DNA from: an uncultured Leptolinea sp.
Lineage (GTDB): Bacteria; Chloroflexota; Anaerolineae; Anaerolineales; Anaerolineaceae
Length of the DNA: 58,592 nt
Direction of reading: 5' to 3'
Assembly (NCBI GenBank): GCA_964457635.1
Contig: CAYWGX010000001.1
Location: 1 to 58,592, forward strand
The notes beneath the pieces were generated by a model that made no database searches, was not told where the DNA came from, and worked only from the letters and a program-made list of their open reading frames with translations. Positions 47,267 through 55,831 of this stretch are shown here, one piece after another. A program made the position numbers and the translations under genes. Position 1 is the stretch's first letter, and every line of letters begins with the position of its first letter.

Positions 47267-47872
47267 GTGGATAGTATGATGGATGCAATTTTTTACAGTT
47301 TTTCAGCTTTGATCATCTCGCTGCTGTATTTACCGATATACATTCGTACGCGGAATGAAGATGATCTGAAGAATACTGTAAAAAGAAAATTACCCATAAA
47401 ACTTGTGTTATGCTTCGGCTTCGGACTTCTGATCGGGGCTGATTTCATGGCCGATATGCCGGAAATACCGAAAATTTTGGCGGCATTCTCACTGATGCTG
47501 ATTACAAATTATGATTTATTGCTCTGCAGAATACCGACAGAATTCCTGCTTTTTTTTTATGCTGCGGCAATAACGGAGGCCATACAGCACACAACCATAG
47601 CGTATGGAAGCTTCTGTATGATGATCTGGGCTGTCTGGTGGATCTTCAGGCAGAAAAAAATTATCGCCGATTATGATCTGTGGATGATCCTTCCGCTCAT
47701 GATCTTCCTGAATGAAAAGAAAAAAGCATTGCTGTTCAATGCTCTCTTTCTTATCTTATGGGGAATTGCCGGCTTAATTCTGCGCAAGCTCTTCAGGAAA
47801 AAACCTGAGACAAAAATTCCGCTTGTTCCCTTAATGGTTCTTGCGTATCTGCTTATGCGTCGGTTTTTGTAA
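47267..47872 (+). CDS. Membrane protein resembling a divergent prepilin peptidase (A24)
   Basis: YD....RIP, ADYD and C-terminal KIPLVP resemble A24 motifs; multi-TM. Confidence 0.55.
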   Translation: MDSMMDAIFYSFSALIISLLYLPIYIRTRNEDDLKNTVKRKLPIKLVLCFGFGLLIGADFMADMPEIPKILAAFSLMLITNYDLLLCRIPTEFLLFFYAAAITEAIQHTTIAYGSFCMMIWAVWWIFRQKKIIADYDLWMILPLMIFLNEKKKALLFNALFLILWGIAGLILRKLFRKKPETKIPLVPLMVLAYLLMRRFL

Positions 47873-48281
47873 GATTGTCAGCGATTGAACCGAGAACACC
47901 GTTAACAAATTTCGGCGCTGTTTCAGATCCGAAAGTCTTTGCCAGTTCCACGGATTCATTGATCGCAACGCGGTCCGGCGTTTCTTTTGCAACGGCAAAT
48001 TCATAAGCAGCAATGCGGATAATGTTGCGGTCGATCGCGGCGATCTGCTCGATAGGCCAGTCTGAGGCATATTTCCGGATCATATCATCGATCTCGTTCT
48101 TGTTATTGATAACACCGACAACAAGATCAATGACAAACTTCTTGGCATCGTCATCAGGTACATTTTCGGAATCAAAACGATTCGTTAATATATCCGTGAT
48201 GCTGTGATCGGAAAGATCATACTCATATAGAGCCTGCAGCGCTATTCCGCGTAAAAAGGTGCGTTCTTTTAATTCTGCCAT
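47853..48281 (-). CDS. nusB: Transcription antitermination factor NusB
   Basis: ALQALYE, IDRNIIR, VAINESVELAKTFG, FVNGVLG. Confidence 0.97.
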   Translation of the reverse strand: MAELKERTFLRGIALQALYEYDLSDHSITDILTNRFDSENVPDDDAKKFVIDLVVGVINNKNEIDDMIRKYASDWPIEQIAAIDRNIIRIAAYEFAVAKETPDRVAINESVELAKTFGSETAPKFVNGVLGSIADNLTKTDA

Positions 48282-48285
48282 AAGC

Positions 48286-48609
48286 TTAATTTGTTTTTGG
48301 ATAATTAAAATCTTCGATATGAATGTTTACATAACCGATATTCATGCCGACCATTTCCTTGATGGCACGTGCAATCTTTTTTTGCAGACGCTTGCAGACG
48401 TCCATTGTGCTGCAGTCTGCCTCCAATACAATATAGACATCCGCATTGACAGTCCCATCGCTGATCTTCATCTTAACGCCGTTTTGAGCATTATTGCTGC
48501 TGTAAAGACGTGCTACGCCTACAGTATCATCGGCAGTCATTTGGACGATGGTCTCAATGACTTCAGGTGCTACGGTTGTGTTTCCCGGTACTCGTTCTTT
48601 TTCTTTCAT
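48286..48609 (-). CDS. Asp23/Gls24 family protein (start placed at ATG 48609)
   Basis: G.T.VAPEVIE, GVK, Q..I...I.EM.G.....VNIHI; canonical position upstream of nusB. Confidence 0.9.
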   Translation of the reverse strand: MKEKERVPGNTTVAPEVIETIVQMTADDTVGVARLYSSNNAQNGVKMKISDGTVNADVYIVLEADCSTMDVCKRLQKKIARAIKEMVGMNIGYVNIHIEDFNYPKTN

Positions 48610-48744
48610 ATTTATATATATGTCCTTTTGCTCATCAATTTGGTTGAAAATTACGCCCCGGCCTCTGAGAGCCGGCCCCGGCTGCTTTTTCAAACTTTTC
48701 CTCAATGATGATAATTATAAAGGATTTTTTGATATTTTCAATAA

Positions 48745-49167
48745 TTAGCTGTCCCTTATTTCAAAAATATCATCGAAACTGATTTTTACGCCGTTTGTAA
48801 ATTCGATGCAATTGTCATAAATATCGATTTTCCTTAGATTTCCACTGATTTCGTGATAGCTTCCGCCCGTTTTCCTGGTATCGGGAACGAAGAACTTTAC
48901 GCGGATAAAAGGCTTTTCTTTTATTTTTGATTTTAGAATGACCAGTTTCCTGTTGATGATCTCCTTTTCACGTTCATCCAGAATTTTTTTTTCTTCTGTT
49001 GTTCTTCCGATTTCACGGATCACTTCTGAATAACCGGTGAGTGCTGCAAAGGGAGCAAATTGCGCTGCCCGGGCAGACAGCGGCATGCGCTGATGGAATT
49101 GTGGTTCGGGCCTCTCTATTAAAAGAATATCATCGTAATCATGAATACTGGATAAATTTTTCTGCAT
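48745..49167 (-). CDS. YolD-like protein
   Basis: YDDI....P.....RM....RAAQFAPFAALTGY, FVPD..K.GG.Y motifs. Confidence 0.8.
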   Translation of the reverse strand: MQKNLSSIHDYDDILLIERPEPQFHQRMPLSARAAQFAPFAALTGYSEVIREIGRTTEEKKILDEREKEIINRKLVILKSKIKEKPFIRVKFFVPDTRKTGGSYHEISGNLRKIDIYDNCIEFTNGVKISFDDIFEIRDS

Positions 49168-49187
49168 ATAGATCTTTGTTCCACTTA

Positions 49188-49254
49188 ATGTGCCATTGGG
49201 GATGGTTCTCTCTGCACTATACGGTGCGCCGTGCAACCGGCCCTGTTGGCACAT
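49188..49254. repeat. Divergent REP-like repeat (copy 6)
   Basis: ATGTGCCA/TGGCACAT ends; CATTGGGGATGGTTCTCTCTGC resembles copy 3; AACCGGCCC resembles AACCGTCCC. Confidence 0.65.
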
Positions 49255-49334
49255 ATTTAATCAATGTTTCCTTAACTGATTATAACCGAAAATGTGCATT
49301 TTCGGCTTAGAAAACAGGTGTTTCTGGCTTTTCG

Positions 49335-50393
49335 TTACCCGTCCGGACGGGCGTATTCATAATGCGGGAAGATCCATTCCAGAAATTCCTCATCGCTCAT
49401 GCGTTCGAGTCTGGTTGTCCGCTCCTCATCTTCATCGAAGAAGGAGAGATCGTCCTCTCCGGAATCGTATCCTTCGAACGGATCGGGCTCTTCATCTGGC
49501 TCTTCGTCAACGGGTTTCGGAGGAAAGTCCTCTGCCGTGTCCGGTTCCGGGAGATGCTCTTGAGAGATCTCTTCCGGAGCCGGTGCCGGGCTTAGCTCGT
49601 CTTCGATGAGCAGCTCTTCTCTTACGGCAGCTTTGGCTTCCCGATAGCTTTCTTCCGGCTCACCCTGTGGGGCATACGCCTTTTCCCATTCGCGGAGTGC
49701 GCCTTTGTCGATTGACAGCGCCCTCCCGGACTCCATCAGGGAACCGCTTGGTTCGGATTCGGCATGATCCGCGGACTTTTCCGCTTTCTGAAGTTCGGAC
49801 AGCTTTTCTTCTCTGTCCGGAAGCTCCACTTTGATTTTCCCGGCTTTGATCTTCTCGATTTTTTCCTCAGTGGCCCGGAGGCGCTTGTCCAGCGCCGCCC
49901 AGCGGATGGAGAGGGAAAAGGCTTCCTGATTATAGCGCTGTTCTTCCTGGCTTTCCATGAAGGAATCAAAACACTTCCGGAAATTTACGGCAGCCATTTC
50001 CCGCAGGTTGCGGATGGTAATGTTCCGCAGATAATAATCAAATTCAAAGCTGTTCTCTTCCCGCTGTTCGATTACCGCTTTGGTGATGCAGATGCTGCCC
50101 AGTTGTTTGAGCATTTTTCCGAAATGCGCGGAGATTTTCAGGAACATGGGAGAATGACGGTTCAGCAGGCGAACGAGTTTAAAGGCCTCATTTGCCTCGG
50201 CTTCCAGCATTCTGGCGGTTTCTACGAATTCGAGAGGTTCCGTGCTGTAGAAGTCGATCGGTTCAAAGGGTAAGCCATAGGCATCCTGCCCGTTTTCCAT
50301 GAAACCGGCAGAATTATCTTCATTATGCGGCGGCTCTTTTCCGTAGATGATATCCATGAAATTGGAATTAAAGTCGATATCCTGAATGTTCAT
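49335..50393 (-). CDS. Hypothetical protein (orphan family member B; paralogue of 28177-29331)
   Basis: GGGAGG RBS 10 nt before ATG 50393; 352 aa; aligns with ORF A; acidic Pro-rich tail. Confidence 0.85.
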   Translation of the reverse strand: MNIQDIDFNSNFMDIIYGKEPPHNEDNSAGFMENGQDAYGLPFEPIDFYSTEPLEFVETARMLEAEANEAFKLVRLLNRHSPMFLKISAHFGKMLKQLGSICITKAVIEQREENSFEFDYYLRNITIRNLREMAAVNFRKCFDSFMESQEEQRYNQEAFSLSIRWAALDKRLRATEEKIEKIKAGKIKVELPDREEKLSELQKAEKSADHAESEPSGSLMESGRALSIDKGALREWEKAYAPQGEPEESYREAKAAVREELLIEDELSPAPAPEEISQEHLPEPDTAEDFPPKPVDEEPDEEPDPFEGYDSGEDDLSFFDEDEERTTRLERMSDEEFLEWIFPHYEYARPDG

Positions 50394-50487
50394 TCCGCAC
50401 ATACCTCCCTTCGTAAGATTCAAGCTAAAAGTGTTTTTTTCTCCCGCACCGGATGTCTGATATCCGCTTTCAAACTTGTTGATTAGG

Positions 50488-50559
50488 AGTATACACAGAT
50501 TTAAAAAAATTGGAAGTGTCAATATTGACAGTTCCAATTTTTTCATTTATGTGGTAATG
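50488..50559 (-). promoter_or_regulatory. Promoter/dyad element of orphan gene B, with a 40-bp near-perfect palindrome (50504-50543)
   Basis: AAAAAATTGGAAGTGTCAAT|ATTGACAGTTCCAATTTTTT (one mismatched pair); TTCCAA-16 bp-TATACT on the minus strand. Confidence 0.65.
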
Positions 50560-50626
50560 CAGGACATCATAGTTTCGGTCAAAACGTAAAATATCTTATC
50601 CAAAATCCTTATCCACGAGGTCTTTT

Positions 50627-51277
50627 TTATTTTAATCGTCTGAAAGCACAGTCGATTTTGCCGCAGGCTTCACATCCCTGGTGGTGACAGCCGGTGTGAA
50701 CTTTGCTGATGCCGATGATGGCAGTGACGGATTTGATGGGGACCATCAGGCCGGAATCGGTAACGGTCAGACCAATGTTCTTCTGGGCTTTGAGCAGGTA
50801 GAGAAAATCGCGCTGACAGTCCAGAGAAAGATCGCCATAACCGGGGCTGAAACGGGGACGAAGGTAAAGTCCTTCTGATTCCGCTTCCTGGCGCAGTTTT
50901 TCATTTTCCGCATCGCAAAAAGCCTCAATAACAGCGGCTGCGGCAGCCTGCATCACAGTCCCTTTGGCTGTATCCATCACCGCTGCCCGCTTTATCAGGG
51001 TATCAACTGCAATACCGAGCGTGGCTGCGAATAAGTATACTTCTTCACAGCCTGCCAGATTTCGTTCCAGAGAGCGGCTCTCCAAATGCAAAGAAGCAAC
51101 CTGAAACTTTCCTTCTCCGCTAAAGGTCAGCGGGAACCGCTCATGGATCGATTTCGGAACAGCGGCTTGTTTGACCTCTTCGATACACGCTTCGATCAGA
51201 GATTTCACTGCCGGGTCCGGCTGTGTTCCGTGATATCCCAGATAACGGGCCGCTTCCCGCGGATCTGCATTCTGCAT
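50627..51277 (-). CDS. Standalone B12-dependent methionine synthase activation-domain protein
   Basis: EAARYLGY, FAATLG, RPRFSPGYGDL, P.KSVTAIIG, C-terminal C..C.K.DC.FR. Confidence 0.9.
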   Translation of the reverse strand: MQNADPREAARYLGYHGTQPDPAVKSLIEACIEEVKQAAVPKSIHERFPLTFSGEGKFQVASLHLESRSLERNLAGCEEVYLFAATLGIAVDTLIKRAAVMDTAKGTVMQAAAAAVIEAFCDAENEKLRQEAESEGLYLRPRFSPGYGDLSLDCQRDFLYLLKAQKNIGLTVTDSGLMVPIKSVTAIIGISKVHTGCHHQGCEACGKIDCAFRRLK

Positions 51278-51300
51278 ACGGCACTCAATATCCTGTGTGA

Positions 51301-52164
51301 TTACAGGATCTCTGACAGATTCTCCATGATCTTTGCGGCAACATCCGGTTTGTTCATGGAATAAACATGAATGCCTTTCACGCCGTTAGCCACCAGGTCG
51401 ATGATCTGTTCGGTGGCATAGGCGATGCCGGCCTGTTTCATGGCCTTCGGGTTGTCACCGAACTTGTCGGCGATGGAAAGAAACCGTGCCGGGAAGACTG
51501 TCCCTGAAAGCTTGATCGCTTTTTCGATCTGGCTTCTCTGTGTGATGGGCATGATACCCGCTAAAACCGGGATGGTGATGCCGATCTCACGGATGCGGTA
51601 GAGGAAAGAGTACAGGATACTGTTGTCAAAAAACATCTGGGTCGTCAGGAATTCACAGCCGGCTTCCTGCTTCAGTTTCAGATTCTCCATGTCCTTCTGC
51701 TTGGACGGTGCTTCCGGATGTCCTTCCGGATAGCAGGCGGCACCGACACAGAAATCACCGTAGGCTTTGATGTCTGCTGCAAGCTCATTAGCGTGGCGGT
51801 ATCCGTTCTTCATCGGGAATTCATAGCCTTCCGGGATGTCGCCGCGCAGGGCGAGCACATTTTCGATCCCTTTCGACTTGAGGTCATCCAGCCGATCATG
51901 GATCCCGTCCCGGTCGGTGGTGACGCAGGTGATATGAGCCAGTGCTGTTACATTCTGTTCATTCTGAATGTCAGAAGCCATCTGGAAGGTGAATTTCCGC
52001 GTACCGCCGTTCGCGCCATAGGTCACGGACATGAAATCCGGGCGCAGCGCGGCAATTTTCATGGTCGCTTCGCGGTGTTTCGGAAAAAGGTCATCACTTT
52101 TCGGCGGATAGACTTCAAAAGAAATGGTCGGTTTTCCCTGTTTCAAGATATCACTGATTTTCAT
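51301..52164 (-). CDS. metF: Methylenetetrahydrofolate reductase
   Basis: SFEVYPPK, SVTYGA, AHITC, LALRGD, YPEGH, TQMFFD, GIMPI motifs. Confidence 0.96.
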   Translation of the reverse strand: MKISDILKQGKPTISFEVYPPKSDDLFPKHREATMKIAALRPDFMSVTYGANGGTRKFTFQMASDIQNEQNVTALAHITCVTTDRDGIHDRLDDLKSKGIENVLALRGDIPEGYEFPMKNGYRHANELAADIKAYGDFCVGAACYPEGHPEAPSKQKDMENLKLKQEAGCEFLTTQMFFDNSILYSFLYRIREIGITIPVLAGIMPITQRSQIEKAIKLSGTVFPARFLSIADKFGDNPKAMKQAGIAYATEQIIDLVANGVKGIHVYSMNKPDVAAKIMENLSEIL

Positions 52165-52282
52165 GGCTGTCCTCCTCTAACGAAGATTCATGTTCAATTA
52201 TATCGTTATCAGAAATAAATCACAAAATTCTATTCAAAGATTTCTGTCTGATTCTGCGATTTGTGCTGTTTTTATCCATAAT

Positions 52283-54034
52283 CTATTCCGTAAATTGTGC
52301 ATTATAGATCTGAGCATAAAAACCGTTCTGTTTAAGCAGCTGCTCATGATTTCCCTGTTCCACGATATGACCGTCCCGCATGACCAGGATGATATCTGCA
52401 CTCTGAATGGTAGACAGCCGATGCGCAACGATAAAGCTGGTTCGGCCTTCCATCATCCTGACAAAAGCATTCTGGATCAGGATCTCGGTGCGGGTGTCGA
52501 TTGAGGATGTCGCTTCATCCAAGATCAGCATCGGCGGCAAACAGAGCATCACGCGGGCAATACACAACAATTGCTTCTGGCCTTGTGAGAGACCTCCGCC
52601 GGATTCTGTGATGGGTGTGTCATATCCTTGCGGCAAACGACGGATGAAGTTATGTGCGTGAGCGGCTTTGGCAGCTGCAATTATTTCTTCTTCTGCTGCA
52701 TCCGGCTTCCCCATGCAGAGGTTTTCCCGAATGGTACCGTTCTTCAGCCAGGTTTCCTGCAAAACCATTCCGTAATTGGCTCGCAGGCTTTTGCGGGTTA
52801 CGTCTCGAATATCATGTCCGTCTACCCGGATCGTACCCTTGTTCACGTCATAAAAGCGCATCAGCAGATTGATGATGGTTGTTTTGCCGCAGCCGGTGGG
52901 GCCGACGATGGCTACACGCTGACCGGGCCGGACATTGATCGAGAAGTTCTCGATGAGTTTTTGTTCCGGAACATAGGAGAACCATACGTTGTCAATTTCC
53001 ACGGACCCTTTTGCTGTATCCAGTACAACTGCGTTATCCGGTTCAGGAACCTGTGGCTCGGCTTCGATCAATTCAAAGATGCGTCCCGCGCAAGCGAGTG
53101 CATTTTGAAATTCTGTGATCACACCGGAAATTTCATTGAAAGGTTTCGTGTATTGGTTCGCATAGCTCAGAAATGCGGTCAGCTGACCTACACTCAAGCG
53201 TCCGCGAAGTGCCGAAAGTGCACCTGCTAAGGCAACTGCCGCGTAAACCAGATTATTGACAAATCTTGTTCCCGGATTGGTGATGGATGAGTAAAAGGTA
53301 GCGCGCAGAGAATATTTTTTCACCCGTTCATTGATTTCATCAAATTGCTTAAGCGATTCTTTCTCGCAGGAAAATGCCTGGACGACTTCACTGTTTCCGA
53401 TCATTTCTTCCATGTATGCTGTCTGTTCTCCGCGGATCTCGGACTGCAGCTTGAACATGTCAAAGGTATGTTTTGCAATAAACGATGCGACAAACAGCGA
53501 AAGCGGTGTGATGGCAACCACCAGCAGGGCTATCTGCCAGTTTACGGAAAACATTACGCCCAGCGTCCCGAGAATGGTGAGCAAGCCGCTGAAAAGCTGT
53601 GTGAAGCCCATCAGCAAGCCATCAGCAAACTGATCCACATCCGCAATGACCCGGCTGACGATATCGCCATGGGGATGAGAATCCAGATAACGCAGCGGTA
53701 GAATCTCGATTTTGCGCATTGCGTCATTACGCAGGTCCCGCACGATTTCAAAGGTCATGCGGTTGCTGCAGATGTTCATCAGCCATTGAGCGGCAGCAGC
53801 CAGTCCGGCACAGACAAGAACGACCTTCAGTGTCTCAAGCACCGCAGCCAAATCCACATTGTCTTTCCCGATGATGAAATCGATTGCTCTGCCATTGACA
53901 ACCGGAATGTAAAGGGTAAGAAACACATTGGCAGCAGCGCAGAGAATGGAAGTCAGCAGCAGCGGCCAGTGGTTTCGGACGCGCTTTATCACTTTTGAGA
54001 AGGTTCCCGGTGCTGCTTTGGTTTTATTTTTCAT
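52283..54034 (-). CDS. ABC exporter, fused TMD-NBD (heterodimer subunit B; start placed at ATG 54034)
   Basis: GPTGCGKT, LSQGQKQ, LILDEATSSID, AHRLST. Confidence 0.95.
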   Translation of the reverse strand: MKNKTKAAPGTFSKVIKRVRNHWPLLLTSILCAAANVFLTLYIPVVNGRAIDFIIGKDNVDLAAVLETLKVVLVCAGLAAAAQWLMNICSNRMTFEIVRDLRNDAMRKIEILPLRYLDSHPHGDIVSRVIADVDQFADGLLMGFTQLFSGLLTILGTLGVMFSVNWQIALLVVAITPLSLFVASFIAKHTFDMFKLQSEIRGEQTAYMEEMIGNSEVVQAFSCEKESLKQFDEINERVKKYSLRATFYSSITNPGTRFVNNLVYAAVALAGALSALRGRLSVGQLTAFLSYANQYTKPFNEISGVITEFQNALACAGRIFELIEAEPQVPEPDNAVVLDTAKGSVEIDNVWFSYVPEQKLIENFSINVRPGQRVAIVGPTGCGKTTIINLLMRFYDVNKGTIRVDGHDIRDVTRKSLRANYGMVLQETWLKNGTIRENLCMGKPDAAEEEIIAAAKAAHAHNFIRRLPQGYDTPITESGGGLSQGQKQLLCIARVMLCLPPMLILDEATSSIDTRTEILIQNAFVRMMEGRTSFIVAHRLSTIQSADIILVMRDGHIVEQGNHEQLLKQNGFYAQIYNAQFTE

Positions 54035-55769
54035 CACCTGTTCCCTCCTTCTTTGCAGTTTCTTTTCTAAACTGAGAATCATAGATTTCCCGGTAAACCG
54101 GACAGGATTCCAGTAATTCATCATGGGTTCCAAGTCCGCAGATTTGTCCATCATCCAAAACGATGATTTGGTCTGCAAAGCGCACAGAAGCTGTGCGCTG
54201 AGAGACGATGATGACGGTCATGTTCGGGTCGGCCTGACGGATGGCTTTGCGCAGGTTCGCGTCAGTCATATAGTCCAGTGCAGAGGCACTGTCATCCAGA
54301 ATCAGAATTTCCGGTTTGCGGGTTAGTGCACGGGCAATGGTAAGCCGCTGACGCTGCCCGCCGGAGAAATTGCGCCCTTCCTGGGCAACTTCTGCGTCCA
54401 GTCCGCCATCTTTACCTTTTACAAATTCTTCTGCCTGGGCAATACGCAGTGCTTCCCACATATCTGATTCATTTGCTTCCGGATTTGCCATCAGCAGGTT
54501 GGAGCGGATCGTCCCTTTAAACAGGACTGCTTTTTGCGGAACGATACCGATTTTTCCGCGGAGATTTTCCGGTTGATAAGAACGGACATCCCGCCCGTCA
54601 ATGCGGACCGTGCCGCCGGTGGCATCATAGAAACGCGGAATCAGATTAATAACTGAGCTTTTCCCGGACCCCGTACCGCCGATGATGCCCAGCGTCTGAC
54701 CATGACCGAGCGTAAAATGAATGTCAGTCAGCGCTTCTGCACCTGCATCCGGATACGTCAGGCAGACATGATCGAATTCAAGACAATTGTCATCTGTCGT
54801 TGTTTCTGTTGGCAGAATGTCCATTCCGGCTTCGATTTTGAGAATGTCTTGAATGCGGTCGGCTGATGCAATGGCTTTGGAGATGGTGACGATCAGGTTT
54901 GCAAATTTGATGAGCTCTATCAGGATTTGTGACATGTAATTGACCAGCGCGACCACCTGCCCCCGCGTTAACTCGCCGACGTTCACGCGCAGTGCCCCGT
55001 AATAGATCAAAGCAGCGGTTGCGCCATTGACGATCGCATAAGTCAGCGGGTTCATCAGCGCGGAGATGCGTCCCACATGCTGCTGCATTTGCGTAAGGGT
55101 TTCGCTGCTGTTTTTAAAATCAGCGAGTTCTTTCTCTTCATTGTTGAAGGCGCGGATGACCCGAACGCCGGTCAGGTTCTGCCGCGTCATTCCCAGCAGT
55201 CCGTCGAGTTTTGTCTGTACCTTTTTGTAAAGCGGTGTTGTGATTTTCATAAGCCCAAAAATCACAATCGCCAGCAGCGGGATAGTGATGACAAAGATAA
55301 GAGCAGCCCGTACGTTGACGGTGAAGGCCATGATCATGGCACCGAAGACGATAAATGGCGAACGCAGCAGCAACCGTAAAGCCAGATTGATCCCGGTCTG
55401 AACCTGATTGATATCGCTGGTGATGCGTGTCAGGAGCTTGGAGGTGCCAATGTTTTGCGCTTTGCTGTAAGACAGGGATTGAATATGATCAAACAGGTCA
55501 TGCCGCAGGTCAGCGGAAAGACTGACAGCTGCTTTTGCTGAAAAATATTGTGCCGTGATGGAAAAAAGCATCCCGACCAATCCTAATGCGGCCATGAGAA
55601 TTGCATCGCGGATGATGATGCTTTGATTCCCATCAGCGATCCCGACGTCGATAATATCGGCGACTGCCAGCGGAATAAGCAGCTCAAAAGAAGCCTCCAG
55701 GAGTTTGAACAGCGGCCCGAGGATTGCTTCTTTGCGATTTTTTTTCAGATAAGATAATAAAGTCTTCAC
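54024..55769 (-). CDS. ABC exporter, fused TMD-NBD (heterodimer subunit A with degenerate site)
   Basis: GGTGSGKS, FSGGQRQR, LILDD (E to D), SQR (H to Q). Confidence 0.95.
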   Translation of the reverse strand: MKTLLSYLKKNRKEAILGPLFKLLEASFELLIPLAVADIIDVGIADGNQSIIIRDAILMAALGLVGMLFSITAQYFSAKAAVSLSADLRHDLFDHIQSLSYSKAQNIGTSKLLTRITSDINQVQTGINLALRLLLRSPFIVFGAMIMAFTVNVRAALIFVITIPLLAIVIFGLMKITTPLYKKVQTKLDGLLGMTRQNLTGVRVIRAFNNEEKELADFKNSSETLTQMQQHVGRISALMNPLTYAIVNGATAALIYYGALRVNVGELTRGQVVALVNYMSQILIELIKFANLIVTISKAIASADRIQDILKIEAGMDILPTETTTDDNCLEFDHVCLTYPDAGAEALTDIHFTLGHGQTLGIIGGTGSGKSSVINLIPRFYDATGGTVRIDGRDVRSYQPENLRGKIGIVPQKAVLFKGTIRSNLLMANPEANESDMWEALRIAQAEEFVKGKDGGLDAEVAQEGRNFSGGQRQRLTIARALTRKPEILILDDSASALDYMTDANLRKAIRQADPNMTVIIVSQRTASVRFADQIIVLDDGQICGLGTHDELLESCPVYREIYDSQFRKETAKKEGTGDEK

Positions 55770-55831
55770 GAGTTTATTCAGAATCTTGATTTACCAATAT
55801 AATATTAATTACACCTGTCTGCTTTTTCTTT

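Noticed and set aside
44200-47300. parS site near parAB
   Set aside because: No TGTTTCACGTGAAACA-like palindrome was found by eye.
50596-50617. Two DnaA-box-like 9-mers (TTATCCAAA, TTATCCACG) a few kb from parAB
   Set aside because: Each has a mismatch, there are only two, and there is no dnaA/dnaN or unwinding element; insufficient for oriC.
52165-52282. SAM or cobalamin riboswitch upstream of metF
   Set aside because: The 118-bp AT-rich spacer lacks the S-box and B12-box conserved motifs.
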